From Squalus acanthias (lineage: Eukaryota), in contig CM059431.1 of assembly GCA_030390025.1 (NCBI GenBank), positions 152,150,001-152,214,000 on the forward strand: 64,000 bases of DNA, in the 5' to 3' direction. Of this stretch, positions 51,655 to 64,000 are shown piece after piece (the first letter of the stretch is position 1; each line of letters begins with the position of its first letter). The notes under the pieces are model-generated. The model worked only from the letters and a program-made list of their open reading frames with translations. It did no database searches and was not told the DNA's origin. The position numbers and the translations under genes are program-made.

Positions 51655-54470
51655 TTTATTCGTTTATGTTATGTGGGCGTCGCTGGTAAGGCCAGCACTT
51701 ATTGCACATTCCGATTTGCCCTTGAGAAGGTGTTGGTGAGCCGCCTTCTTGAACCGCTGCAGTCCGTGTGGTGACGGTACCCCAACATTCTTGTTAGGGA
51801 GGGAGTTCCAGCATTTTGAACCAGCGACGATGAAGGATCGACGATATACTTCTAAGTCAGAATGGTGTGTGACTTAAAGGGGAACTTGGAGGTGGTGGTG
51901 TTCCCCTGTGCCTGCAGCCCTTGTTCTTCCAGGTGGAAGAGATCGCGGGTTCCGGAGGTGATGCCAAAGAAGCCTTGGCGAGATGCTGCAGTGCATCTTG
52001 TAGCTGGTACACACTGCAGCCATGGTATGCCGGTGTTGGAGGGACTAAATATATAAGATTCTGGATGGGGTGCCAATCAAGCGGGCTGCTTTGTCCTGAA
52101 TGGTGACGAGCTTCTTGACTGTTGCTGGAGCTGCACTCATCCAGGCAAGTGGAGCATATTTCATCACACTCTTTACTTGTCCCTTGTTGATGTTGGAAAG
52201 ACTTTGGCGAGTCAGGAGGTGAGACACTCGCCGCAGAATACTTAGCCTCTAACTTGCTCTTGTTGCCACAGTATTTATGTGGCTGGTCCAACTAAGTTTC
52301 TGGTCAATGGTTACCCCCAGGATGTTGATGGTGGGGGATTTGGCGATGGTAATACCGTTCAATGTCAAGGGGAGGTGGTTAGACTTTCGATTGTTGAAGA
52401 TAGCCATTGCCTGGCACTTCTGTTGCATGAAAGTTACCTGCCACTTATCATACCCAGCCTGATGCACGTCCAGGTCTTGTTGTATGCGGGCATGGACTGT
52501 TTCATTATTTGAAGAAAACCAAATCAAAATATGCAGATGCGGGAAATCTAAAATAAAAACAGAACATGCAAGAAATACTCAGCAGGTCAGGCAGCAACAG
52601 TGGAGTTCAGTCCTCTAACACCCCCAACACCCCTTCCCATTCGCCCGGCATCTCCACGTGCAAGCGCAGGAGATGCAACACATGCCCTTTTACCCCCTGC
52701 CTTCCCACTGTCAAGGGCCCCAAACACTCCTTCCAAGTATAACAGCGATTTACTTGTACTTCTTGCAATTTCGTATACTGTATTCACTGCTCACGATGCG
52801 GTCTCCTCTAAATGTGGAGACCAAACGGAGATTGGGTGACCGCTTTGAGGAACAACTCCGTTCAATCCGTAAGGGTGAGCCCGAGTTTCTGGTCACCTGT
52901 CACTTTAATTCTCCGCTCCACTCCCACTCTGACCTCTCCGTCCTCGGCCTCTTTCACTTTTCCAATGAAGCTCAACGTAAGCTTGAGGAACAACACCTCA
53001 TCTTTCGATTAGGCACTTTACAGCCTTCTGGACTCAACCCCGAGTTCAACAATTTCAGGCCATTACGTCTGCCCCTATCTTTTTTTCCAGTTCTTTTCTC
53101 TCTCTCACATGGCAGCTGCCGATCATTCAGCCATTGCAATTTACACTTCATCTAGTGCCATCTGTTGTTTCTTAACTTGACCCTTTACCATTTCCTTTTG
53201 CCTTGCACCATCATCCCTTTTGTCTCTTAATCTCTCCTGCCTTCCACTCTATCACAGAGCTTCCCTTTTGGTCTTTCCTCCGTTCTCCCCTTTCCCTGAC
53301 TCTACACGTGCTTAAAAACCTGTCCAATCTCCAGATTTTTACAGATCTGATGAAGGCTCATCGACCTGAAACGTTAACTCTGTTCTTCTCTCCACAGATG
53401 CTGCCTTACCTGCTGAGTATTCCCAGCATTTTCTGTTTTTATTTTACATTATTTGAGGAGTCGTGAATGGTGCTGAACACTGTGCAGTCATCAACAAACA
53501 TCTCCATATCTGACCTTATGTTGGAGGGACGGTCATTGATGAACCAGCTGAAGATGTTTGGGACTGGGTCACAGCCCTGAAGAACTCCTGCAACGATGTC
53601 CTGGGGCTGTGATGATTGACCTTCAGCCCTCACAACCATCTTCCCTTGTGCCAGTTATGACTACTGTCAGTGGAGCATTTTCCCCCCGATTCCCATTGAC
53701 TTCAGATTTACGAGGGATCCTTGATGCCACACTCGGTCAAATGCTGCCTTGATGTCAAGGGCTGTCACTCTCACCTCACCTCTGGAATTCAGCTCCTTTG
53801 TCCATGTTTGGACCAAGGCTGTAAGGAGGTCGGGAGCCGATTGGTCTTGGCCGAACTCAAACTGGACATCAGTTAACAGGTTATTGGTGAATAAGTGCTT
53901 TTTGATAGCATTTTCGATGACACCTTCCATCACTTTGCTGATGATTGAGATTTGAATAATGGGGTGTTAATCGGCCAGGTTTGATTAGTTCTGCTTTTTG
54001 TGGACAGGACATAATTGGGCAGTTTTTTACATTGTCGGCTAAATGCCAGTGTTGTAGCTGTACTGTAACGGCTTGGCTAGAGGCTCGGCTAGTTCTGGAG
54101 CACAAGTCTTCAGTACGACAGCCGGGATGTTGTCGGGGCCCACAGCCTTTGTTTTATCCAGTCCGCTCAGCCATTTCTTCACATCACGTGGAGGGAATCG
54201 AATTGGCTGAAGACTGGCTTCTGTGATGGTAGAGACATCAGGAAGAGGCCGATATGGATCTTCCACTCGGCACTTCTAGCTGAAGATGGTTGCAAACTCT
54301 TCAGCCTTGTCTTCTGCACTCACGTGCAGGGCTCCACCATCATTGAGGATGCGGATATTCATGGAGCCTCCTCCTTCAGTTAATTGTTTAATGCTCCACC
54401 AACATTCACGACTGGATGTGGCAGGACAGGAGATCTTTGATCTGATCCGTTGATTGTGGAATTTCTTAGC
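51655..54470 (-). mobile_element. Zenon-like LINE with 3' tail, interrupted by the PLE (paralog 25893-27035)
   Basis: LDIKAAFDRVWH and FVDD motifs; tail at ~51655. Confidence 0.85.
52513..53446 (+). mobile_element. Penelope-like element: GIY-YIG C-terminus, hammerhead remnant and inverted terminal copy (paralog ~25270-25892)
   Basis: ETKRRLGDRF.E.LRSI...CHFNS...LEEQHLIFRLGTLQPSGLN. 52550-52605 is an inverted copy of 53390-53445. TSD-like CATTATTTGA at 52503 and 53447. Confidence 0.8.
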
Positions 54471-54689
54471 CCTTTCAGGCAGTCACATAAAACAAAACAC
54501 TTTAAAGATCGTGTAGTTGGTGCGGCGTTGGGGAAACGTCTTTGTGAAGTGATGCCTGGGGGAGGCAGTGTGGGTGTGTGAGAGAAATGCGCTGCGCAGA
54601 GGGTATTACTGCAGAAGGAAAGGCCGAATGTGAACGATGTAATGTTCCATGTTAGCCACGGTATGTCGCTGTTGCTATCAAACATGTGA

Positions 54690-54743
54690 GCCCGGATAGC
54701 TCAGACGCACTGAGGGTGCAGGTTTCAAGTTCCTGCTCGGGCG
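54690..54743 (+). pseudogene. tRNA-Lys pseudogene with an internal deletion
   Basis: GCCCGGATAGCTCAGAC...CTGAGGGTGCAGGTTTCAAGTTCCTGCTCGGGCG. Both acceptor-stem ends are intact; the D-arm segment between two TCAG motifs and the anticodon are lost. Confidence 0.8.
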
Positions 54744-57700
54744 TTGGGTTTAAATCAGAATTCGCAATGCCCTCTCGTGCAAACCCATGTCTGTGCTTTA
54801 AGGTCCATTGAGGGGTATTGTCGAGATGATCAATTCTTACTTTCGTGCAGTCCCGTGAAGCACGAGTATATCAAGCTGATCTTTCCTGCTGTCTCAACAA
54901 AAATTATTAGTATGTGTTAAACGTCTCCACAACATCTGATTTTTCAGATATACTTTTTAAAAATTATTTTCTGAATGTATTTCCAAAGTTTGCAAACAAA
55001 CTTGACTTTTTTGATACGTTATTTTCTAATGGCAGTGCTTTCAAGTGATATTTGTCGCTCTATTATTAGATTTATTGAACATTAAACTGTTTTACAGCAT
55101 TCTGATCATTCGTCTGCAACATGCAATCATTCCTTTACTAGTTTTAGCTGCAGAGATTAAAGTCAACATGAAAGATATCAGCAACATTGTTATTAATTTG
55201 TGATACGTTATAATCTTTCACCATTTATTAGATTCAGAATTTAAAGTTGATTATGTCGCACATGACATATGTTAATCTATTAAACTTCAAAAACTTTTCA
55301 AGACATGCGATCCTTATATTCTTCACGAATAAAAAATCCACAAATACACTTCATAGGATCATAGTATGAAAGAAACTTACAGCACAGAAGGAGGCCAATC
55401 TGCCCATCGTGCTTTTGTTGGCTCTCAGAAAGAGCAGTGGTGCTTAGTCCCATAAGAACATAAGAACATAAGGAATAGGAGCAGGAGTAGTCCATGCGGC
55501 CCCTCGAGCCTGCTCCACCATTCAACAAGATCATGGCTGTTATTCTACCTCTTCTCCACTTTCCTGCACTATCCCCATATCCCTTGCTTGCCTGAATATT
55601 TAAAATCTATCGATCTCTATCTTGAATATACGCAACGACTGAGCCTCCAAAACCCTCGGGGGTAGAGAATTCCAAAGATTTAACACCCTCTGAGTGAATA
55701 AATTTCTCCTCAGCTTTGTCCGAAATGGCCGACCCCTTATTCTGAGAGTCTGACCCCTGGTTCTAAACTCCCAGCCAGGGGAAACTTCCTCTCTGAATGT
55801 ACCCTGTCAAGCCATGTAAAAATGTTGTATGTTTCAATGACATGACCTCTCATTCTTCAAAAATCTAGAGAATATAGGCCTTGTCTACTCAATTTCCCCT
55901 CATAGGAAAATCCCCCCATCCCAGAAATCAGTCTGTTGAAACTTTGCTGCACTCCCTCTATGACAAGTATATCCTTCCTCAGGTAAGGAAACCAAAACTA
56001 TTCCATTTGCCATGTTCTTGACCACTCACTTAGGCTGTCTATATCCCCTTGTAGCTTCCTTGCATCCTCCTCACAACTTACATTCCCACCCAGCTTTATA
56101 TCATCAGCAAACTTGGATATATTACATTTGGTCCTCTCATCCAAGTCATTGATATAGATTGTGAATATCTGAGATCCAATCAGAGATCCTTGCGGTACCT
56201 CACTAGTTACAGCCTGCCAACCGGAAAATGACCCGGTTATTCCTACTCTCTGTTTTCTTTCCGTTAACCAATCCTCAATCCATGCTGGTATATTACCCCG
56301 AATTCATGAGGCTTAATTTTGTTTAATAACCTCTTCTTTGGCACCTAATCGAACGGCTTCTGAAAATCCAAATATACCACATTCACTGCTGCTCCCTTAT
56401 CTATTCTGCGAGTTACAATCTAAAAACATACTAACAGACTCGCCAAACACGATTTCCATTTCATAAGTAGGTGTTCCCTGCTACTGATGTCGCATATTAA
56501 CCTATTGAACTTCAAGAACTGGTCAGAAATGCCATCCTGATACGCTCAGTCGTCAGATCATCAGACCATTAATCTGAGGGTCTAGGGTTCTTTCCTGCTG
56601 ACTCAATTCAACTCATTATTATGTGTTAAACGTTTGCCACAACACCTGATTTTCTGAAATATAATGGGGCTACATGGAAGATGGAATTGAGCATTTTGAT
56701 TTAAAAGCAGCGCCTGTATAAGGACATGAACCCTGGACCATCTGACACTGAACATGACTTCGGTCGCATCCTGCATTTCCTATTTTTTTAAACGTTCAAG
56801 GCCCATTATAAACTAACTTGCCCACAATTAGGACTGAAACGGCCCCTATAAACCGGTCATGCTGTAATTGCGCTCTGTCTCCAGTGGTGACGCTGTAGAT
56901 TCTCCGTTTCACATCTTCCTTCGGAGTCAGAAGCGCTGAACCCCAATGCAGGACTTCATCAGAAATATGTGCTGACACTTCTGTGCAGGACTGAGAGAGT
57001 ACAGCATTGTTCGAGACACTCTCCATTCAATGAAACTTAAAAAGCCGGACCTATGTGCCCGCTGACAGTGTCTGTGTGTGAAAAATGTGAGCCGGGGAAA
57101 GCTGTTGCACAGAATTCACTGCATGAACACACATAGCTCAGTCGGAAAACTATGAGACTGTAAATCTGATGGATCCAGGGTTCAAGTTCTTGTAAAGGTT
57201 CTGCTTTTTTAAAAGGGCCCCTTTCTATTGGGTCAGGAGACAATGGGTGGGGGGCGGAATTGATGGGGAGAGCAGTGCCTGCATCATGCACAACAAGATT
57301 ACAGAATAATTACAGATAACCACCATTATAAAGCGCTTCATTTTTCTACACTAAAGTTCTGATGTAACTTTATAAAACATTGGGTCGGCCTCAACTGGAT
57401 TATCGTGTCCAATTCTGGGCACGGCACTTTCTGAAGGATGTCTAAGCTTTGAGAGGGTTCAGGAAAGATTGACAAGAATGGTTCCAGGGATGTGCGATTT
57501 CAGTTACCTGGATAGACTGGAGAGGCTGAGGTTGTTCTCCTTACAGCAGAGAAGATTGAGAGGAGATTTGATAGACGTGTTCAACATCATGAGGGGTCTA
57601 GACAGAGATGATAGAGATAAACTGTTCGCATCGGCAGAAGGGTCCAGAACCAGAGGGCACAGATTTAAGATAATTGGCATAAGAACCAAGGACGACATGA

Positions 57701-60700
57701 GGAAAAACCTTTTATTTACAGAGCGAGTGGTTAGGATCTGGAATGCAATGACTGAGAGCGTGGTGGAGGCAGATTGATCGTGGCTTTCAAAACGGAACTA
57801 ATAAAGCACTTGAAAAAAACATTGTAGGGCTATGGGGAAAGGGCGGGGGTGTGGGGCTAGCTGAAGTGCTGTCGCATGGAGCCGGCACGGGCCTCCTTCT
57901 GTGCTGTAATGAGCCTCCGAACACATATCCGCAGCATAACAAAGACCGCCTATTTCCAGGTCCTTCACATCGCCCGTCTCTGCCCTTGCCTCAGCTCATC
58001 TGCTGCTAAACACTCATACATGCCTTTGTTACATCTGGACTTGATTATTCCAACGCACTCCTCGCTGGTCTCCCACATTCTACCCTACATAAACTTGAGG
58101 TCATCAAAACCTCTGCTGCCCGTGTCCTAACTCGCACCAAGTCCCGTTCCCCCATCACTCCTGTGCTCACTGACCTACACTGGCTCCCGGTTAAGCAATG
58201 CCTCATTTTCAAAATTCTCATCGTTGTTTTCAAATCGCTCCATGGCCTCGCCCCTTCCTATCTCTGTAATCTCGTTCAGCCCCACAAACCCCCTCCACCC
58301 CAGATATCTGGCCTCCTCTAATTCTGCCCTCTTGAGATTCCCTGATTATAATCGCTCAACAATTGGTGGCAGTGCCTTCTGTTGCTTTGGCCGTAAACTC
58401 TGAAATTCCCTGCTTAAACCTCTCTGCCTCGCTACCTCGCTATCCTCCTTTAAGACGCTGCTTAATACATACCTCTTCGAACAAGCTTTTGGTCACCTGC
58501 CCTAATTGCAGCTCATGTGGCTGGGTGTCAATTTTTTTGTCTTATAATCCTCCTGAGCAGCGCCTTGTGACGAGTTACTATGTTAAAGGCGCTATATAAA
58601 TACAAGTGGTTGTTGCTGTTGATGTAACCATGCTATGATTCTATGATAAAGGAAACTTTATCGGTTATTTAAGCTGGGGTGTCTCATTCCAGTACCTGCA
58701 GTGTAAGGCAGTTAACGCTGATGCCCACATGTTCAACTTTGACAAGTATATTCTTGGCCCATCGAGGACGGAGGCATTGCTCGATCTGGTGCTGGGGGAT
58801 GAGGTGGGTCAGATCGAACAAGTGAGTATTGGAGAACACTTAGATAGGAGTGATCATCGTATCACAAGATTTAGATTAGCAATGGAGAAGAGCAAGGGAC
58901 AATCTAGCGTGGAACTCCTAAACTGGAGTGGGGCTTATTTCAATGGGAAACGAAAGGGTCTACCCAAGGTTAAATGGAACGAAAAATTTGCAGGAAAAAA
59001 ACTGTAACTGAACAATAAGTGATCTTTAAGGAGGAGATGTTCCAAGTACAGGCTAGGTACATTCCAACAACAGTGAAGGGTAAGGGAAAAAAAGCAAGGG
59101 CTCCTTGGATGACGAGGGAGATAGAGAAGATGATGAAACCAAAAAAGCGGATGTATGATGCTCGAAAGGTGAATTCTTCAAGGGAAAATTAAGCCAAATA
59201 CAATACGTTGATATGGGAAGTGAAGAGAAAATAAAATTGACAAAGAGAGAATATGAGAGTAGAATGGCTGTTAACATAATAGGGAACCCAAAAATCTTCT
59301 CCCGACATGTAAATATTAAGCGGGTAGTAAGTGGCATGGTGGGGATAATTAGGGACAATGAAGGTCATATATGCTTCGAGGCGCATGACAAGGGTAGAAA
59401 AGTCAATGAATACATTGTATCGGTGTTTACTAAGGAGGTGGATGCTGACAAAATATTGGCCGAAGTGAAAAATTTAGAAGCCATGGAAGGGGTGAAAATT
59501 GATATACAGTAATAGTAGAAATGCTGGGTATGCTTAGAGCGGATAACTCGCCTGGACCAGAAGGCTTGCATCCCAGCTTGCTAGGGGAATGGGGGAGGAG
59601 ATATCGGAAGAGCTTGCCATAATTTTCTAATCTTCCCCAGATGCGGGGAGGTGCCTGAGGATTGGAAAGTGACAAATATAACACCATTGTTCAAGAAAAT
59701 GTGTAAGGACAATCCTAGTAACAACAGGCTGGTCAGTTTAACGTCAGTGCTGGTTAAAGTTTTAGAAACAATAATCAAGGAAAAATTTAATGGCACTTGG
59801 AGAGTTTTAAGCTAATTAAGGAGAGCCAACACGGATTTATAAATGGCAGATCGTGTTTGACTCATTTAATTGAATTTTTTGATGAAGTAATTGGGAGGAT
59901 CGATGAAGGGAATGCAATGAATGTTGTCTACATGGATATTCAGAATGCGTTTGACAAAGTACCAAATATGAGGCTGGTTAACAAAATTGAGTCTCATGGA
60001 ATAGGTGCGTCAGTGGAAGCTTGGATTAGGAATTGTCTTACGGATAGAAAACAGCGAGTTGTTGTATTTTCAGACTGTAGCATGGTAGACCGTGGAGTTC
60101 CCCAAGGGTCAGTGCTGGGGCCACTGATTTTTTTGATATATATATAATTGACTTGGATATTGAAACTCAGAGTAGAATTTCTAAATTTGCCGATGACACC
60201 AAACTTGGGGGTGTGACACACAGTGAGGAGGACACCAATCGACTGCAGCAGTACATAGTTTTGCTTGCAGAATGGGCAGAGAAGTGGCAGATGGAATTTA
60301 ATACAGAGAAGTGTGAGGTGATGCATTTTGGCAGCAGGAACAGGGAGAAGCAATATATAATTAATGACACCGTTTTAAAGAGTGTGCATGGAAAGAGGGA
60401 CCTTGGAGTTAATGTGCAAATGTCCCTGAAGGTGGCAGGATATATTGAGAGAGTTGTTAGCAAAGCATATGGGATCTTGGTTTTCATAAATAGAGGTATT
60501 GAGTACCAAAGTAGAGAAGTTATGCTGAACCTTTATAAAGCGCTGGTTTGGCCACAACTGGAATATTGCGTCCAGTTCTGGTCACCACAATTAAGAATGA
60601 TGTGAAGACCCTTGTGAAGGTGCATTGGAGATTTACCGGAATGGTTGATGGAAATGGGGGATCTTAGCAATAAGGACTGGCTGGAGAAGCTGGATTTGTT

Positions 60701-61371
60701 TTCATTAGAGCAAACGAGGTTGAGGAGTGATTTGATAGAGGTGTACAAGAATATGACAGGTTTGGATTGGTTAGACGTGGACAGGCTTTTTCCACTAGTT
60801 AGTGGTACAAGGACTAGGGGACACAGATTTAAGGTTTTGTGCAAGAGATACAGGGGGGAAATTTGAGGAAAAACGTTTTTACACAAGCGAGTGTTGATGA
60901 CCTGGAACTCCCTGACGATGGAAGTGGTGGAAGCGGAGACACTCAATGTTTTCAAGGGGAGGCTGTATAGGCACTTGAGGGAAATAATCTTGCACGGCTA
61001 CGGGAATGGAGCGGGGGAGTGGGACTGACTGGATTGCTATACAGAGAGCCGGCACATACTCGATGGGCCGAATGGCCTCCTTCTGTGCCGTTATGACTCT
61101 GTGACTATAACTCCACTGCTGAAGCTCAACATGACTGTTCTCTTTGAATCTTATGCGATACGTTCCTTGCTATAACGGGACTCGAGTATGTACATCCGGG
61201 GAAAACAGCAAACATCAACCACACGGCTCAAAATGGAAGAAATGTTTCCTGATACCTGTTCATTTTCACAACAATAATCTCGTTTTCGTCCCAACTGAAA
61301 GAAGGCCATTCGAAAAAGGAATACGATCTGTAATTAAACTTTAGTTAGGATAGGATGCTCGGGTTTGATCT

Positions 61372-62272
61372 TCATATTTTGTTAACCATGTTCCGAATAA
61401 GTGTCCAAGGAGATTTCACTAATCTCACCAGCTCTTCCCTGAATTTGGTTTGGGTCGCTGCATAAATGCACGTGTTTGTGCAGGAGCTCAAATACATGAG
61501 CATAAATTCGCTTTCAGAGGCGATGTATGCAGGAGATGTATAATCGGGTCGAACATAAATGGCCAGGGAGCTAAATAAGTAACTAACGATAGATGTCAGC
61601 CATAACAATATAATACTGCCCGATACACTGAACAGTAAAATGATGGATTTCCTCCGGCTCTCCATCTCTGGATCGCTCTGATTCTCACTGCAGTTACCCC
61701 GGAGTCTCCTGCGGGCTCGACTGGTAGCTAGAATACACCTGACTGTCAAACCATTAAACAGTAATATCAAAGCGAAGGGAAGCGTTGGACATACAACAGA
61801 TTCGAACCAGATGTACGCTATACCTGTTGGCGAGGTAAAAAAGTCAATTTTCAAGCGGCAACCCCAGTGGCTGTTGTTAATGATTCGTTCAGTTTCAGAT
61901 GCAAACGAAGATGGGATCTTTTCCAAACAGAGCAGAACAGAGACCGTTGTTATGACGGCGGCCGCAGTTCTCACTGTGCAATATTTCGCTTTAAGCGTCT
62001 CACAACATATCGCGACATAGCGGTCGAATGTGAAGGTGACGGTAAACCACATGAATATACTGATGACAGCACTATTCAAGTATATAAGCAACCTACAGAC
62101 GGCAGTGTAACTGAGGAATGAATGTGGAAAGTGATATGTAAAAACGCGATACAGCAGCACATTGAAGAAGATGACCAGTAGAGCTGCTGTTGCCATGGCC
62201 ACCATGTAGACCGAGATACCTTTGGAAAGACCGCATTTTCTCCGACGAGAATCACGATTGTCAGTAGGTTCG
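61372..62272 (-). pseudogene. GPR139-like GPCR copy D, exon 2 only
   Basis: Acceptor intact at 62273/62272. Exon is 901 nt, with a 1-nt deletion near 62240. The TM2 Asp is changed to Ala (MATAALL). Exon 1 and promoter are deleted at the 62852/62853 junction. Confidence 0.88.
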
Positions 62273-62934
62273 CTGTAAGAAAGAGGGACAAGCGGTCAGT
62301 AACGGGCACACTCGGATAAATCTCAAACCAATTGTGGGGAAATGTGCAGATGGTTCACTATGCAAGTGGATTTTTAATTATATATGCGAGCGTTAACGAA
62401 GAGATTTAAAAAAAAAAACATGGAACCCTCAATATAAAGCGACTGCAAATCCGCCTCTCTTCCCTGCAGACTTCAGACAGACGTCGCCAGATATTAAATA
62501 TAATTTCACAACAATTACTGCAAAGATATGAATTCAAACGAAACATTCAGTTGCGAGAATATCATTCAATTTAGATTTAAACTCTGCGCTTTTTCCATGC
62601 ACAATCGACCTCGGAGGGAGGGGGGGGGAAGCTTCTCGGCAACAGAGCGGGAGCTGGTGGAGACGCGAAGGTTCTTTGCAGCCGAGGGGAGTAGGGCAGC
62701 TCCCTGAGCCGCAACTGTTGCTCAAAGTATCTTTCAAAATCCCCTGTTGGGTGTAGGTGGCGGCAGTTCGAGCAATTATCAACGTGAAATAAATAGGGTA
62801 GAACTGTACAACTGATGTGATTACTATCCACAGGAAGAAGCACATCCTGTAGTTACTGGTACCTTGTAATCATTCGTGAATTCTTAACTCATCCATTAGA
62901 TAATTAAATTTAGCTTTGTACTATGATGATAAAT

Positions 62935-64000
62935 GGAGGTGATCCTACTCTAACCTTACTGGTGGTGATCCGACTCTAATATTACTGGTGGTGAAACTGC
63001 ACTGTCATTACTGGTGGTGAATCTGCACTAACATTACTGGTGGTAACTGTACTCTGACAATACTGGTGATGATTATGCTCTAAAATTACTGGTGAGGACC
63101 CTACTCTAAAATTACTGGTGTTGACCCTACTCTAACATTACTGTTGAGGTCACTAATTAACGTTACTGGTGATGACTCTACTCTAACATTACTGGTGGTG
63201 CCGATGATCTAACATTACGGGTGGTGACTATACACTAACATTACTGGAGGTGGCCCTACTCTAACATTACTGATGATGACCCTACTCTAAATTTATTGGT
63301 GATGACAATACTCTGATATTACTGGTGGTGATAATACTCTAAAATTACTGATGGTTATCAAAAGCTAACATACTGGAGGTGACCATGCTGTAACATTACT
63401 AATGAAGACACTATTATAAAATTACATTAGTTAACATTACTGGTTGTGACTCTACTCCAACAATACTGGAGGTGACTCTACTTTAACATTACTGTTGAGG
63501 ACCCTATTCTAACATTAATGCTGGAGAGCATACTTTAAAATCACTGGATGTGACTCTGCTCTAACATTACTGGTGATGAGTCTAATCTAACTTAACTGGT
63601 GGAGGCAATACGCTAACCTTACTGGCAATGGTCCTACTCTAACACTACTGGTGGTGAACCGACACTAACATTACTGGTGGTGATCCTACTCTAGCATTAC
63701 TGGTGGCGAGTCTACTCTAACGTTATTGGTGCTGATTCTATGCTTACGTTAATGCTGGTGACCCTACTTTAACATTACTGTTGCTGTCCCCACTCTGACA
63801 TTTGTGATGGTGACGAGTCTACTCTAATAATACTGGTGGTGCTTCTAGTCTAACATTACTCGAGGTGACCCCGCTGCAACTTTACGAGTGGTGACTCTAC
63901 TCGAACATTACTGGTGGTGAAACTAATTTAACAATACCAGTGGTGATCATAATCTAACATTACTGGTGGTGACTCTATTCTAACATTACTGGTGGTGACT
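62935..64000 (+). repeat. 26-bp minisatellite, unit D (about 40 copies or more)
   Basis: Same consensus; runs off the window. Confidence 0.95.

Larger units (their letters stand above)
51580..64000 (+). repeat. Segmental duplication unit D (runs off the window)
   Basis: Colinear with units A-C. Confidence 0.88.

Noticed and set aside
152..60955. Numerous short antisense ORFs over LINEs and GPCR exons
   Set aside because: Shadow frames of repeats or coding strands, with no independent support.
61372..62205. Copy D as a functional 277-aa single-exon gene
   Set aside because: It lacks TM1, the promoter and exon 1, and the conserved TM2 Asp is mutated.

Overview
Eukaryotic, repeat-dense vertebrate DNA, most likely from a shark or ray, judging by an HE1-type V-SINE and abundant CR1 (HER1-like) LINEs. 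The window is a tandem segmental-duplication array of four related units: A <600-25.2 kb including a 13-kb nested TE stack, B 25.2-31.2 kb truncated, C 34.3-51.6 kb, D 51.6->64 kb. A complete unit carries a two-exon GPR139-like class A GPCR on the minus strand, several decayed tRNA-Lys(UUU) genes, the same set of old LINE/SINE fossils, and two minisatellites (26 bp and 21 bp) upstream of the receptor promoter. Only the unit A receptor is intact: a spliced 323-aa product whose 70-nt exon 1 the ORF track misses. Unit C has a premature stop plus a frameshift, unit D has a frameshift and has lost exon 1 and the promoter, and unit B lost the gene. Differences between paralogs appear concentrated in ligand-pocket segments. 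Other elements: three solo LTRs, two Harbinger-like MITEs, Penelope-like elements with minimal hammerhead remnants, and a LINE fused to a tRNA-derived head. Everything was read by eye; TE boundaries are approximate unless a TSD is given.
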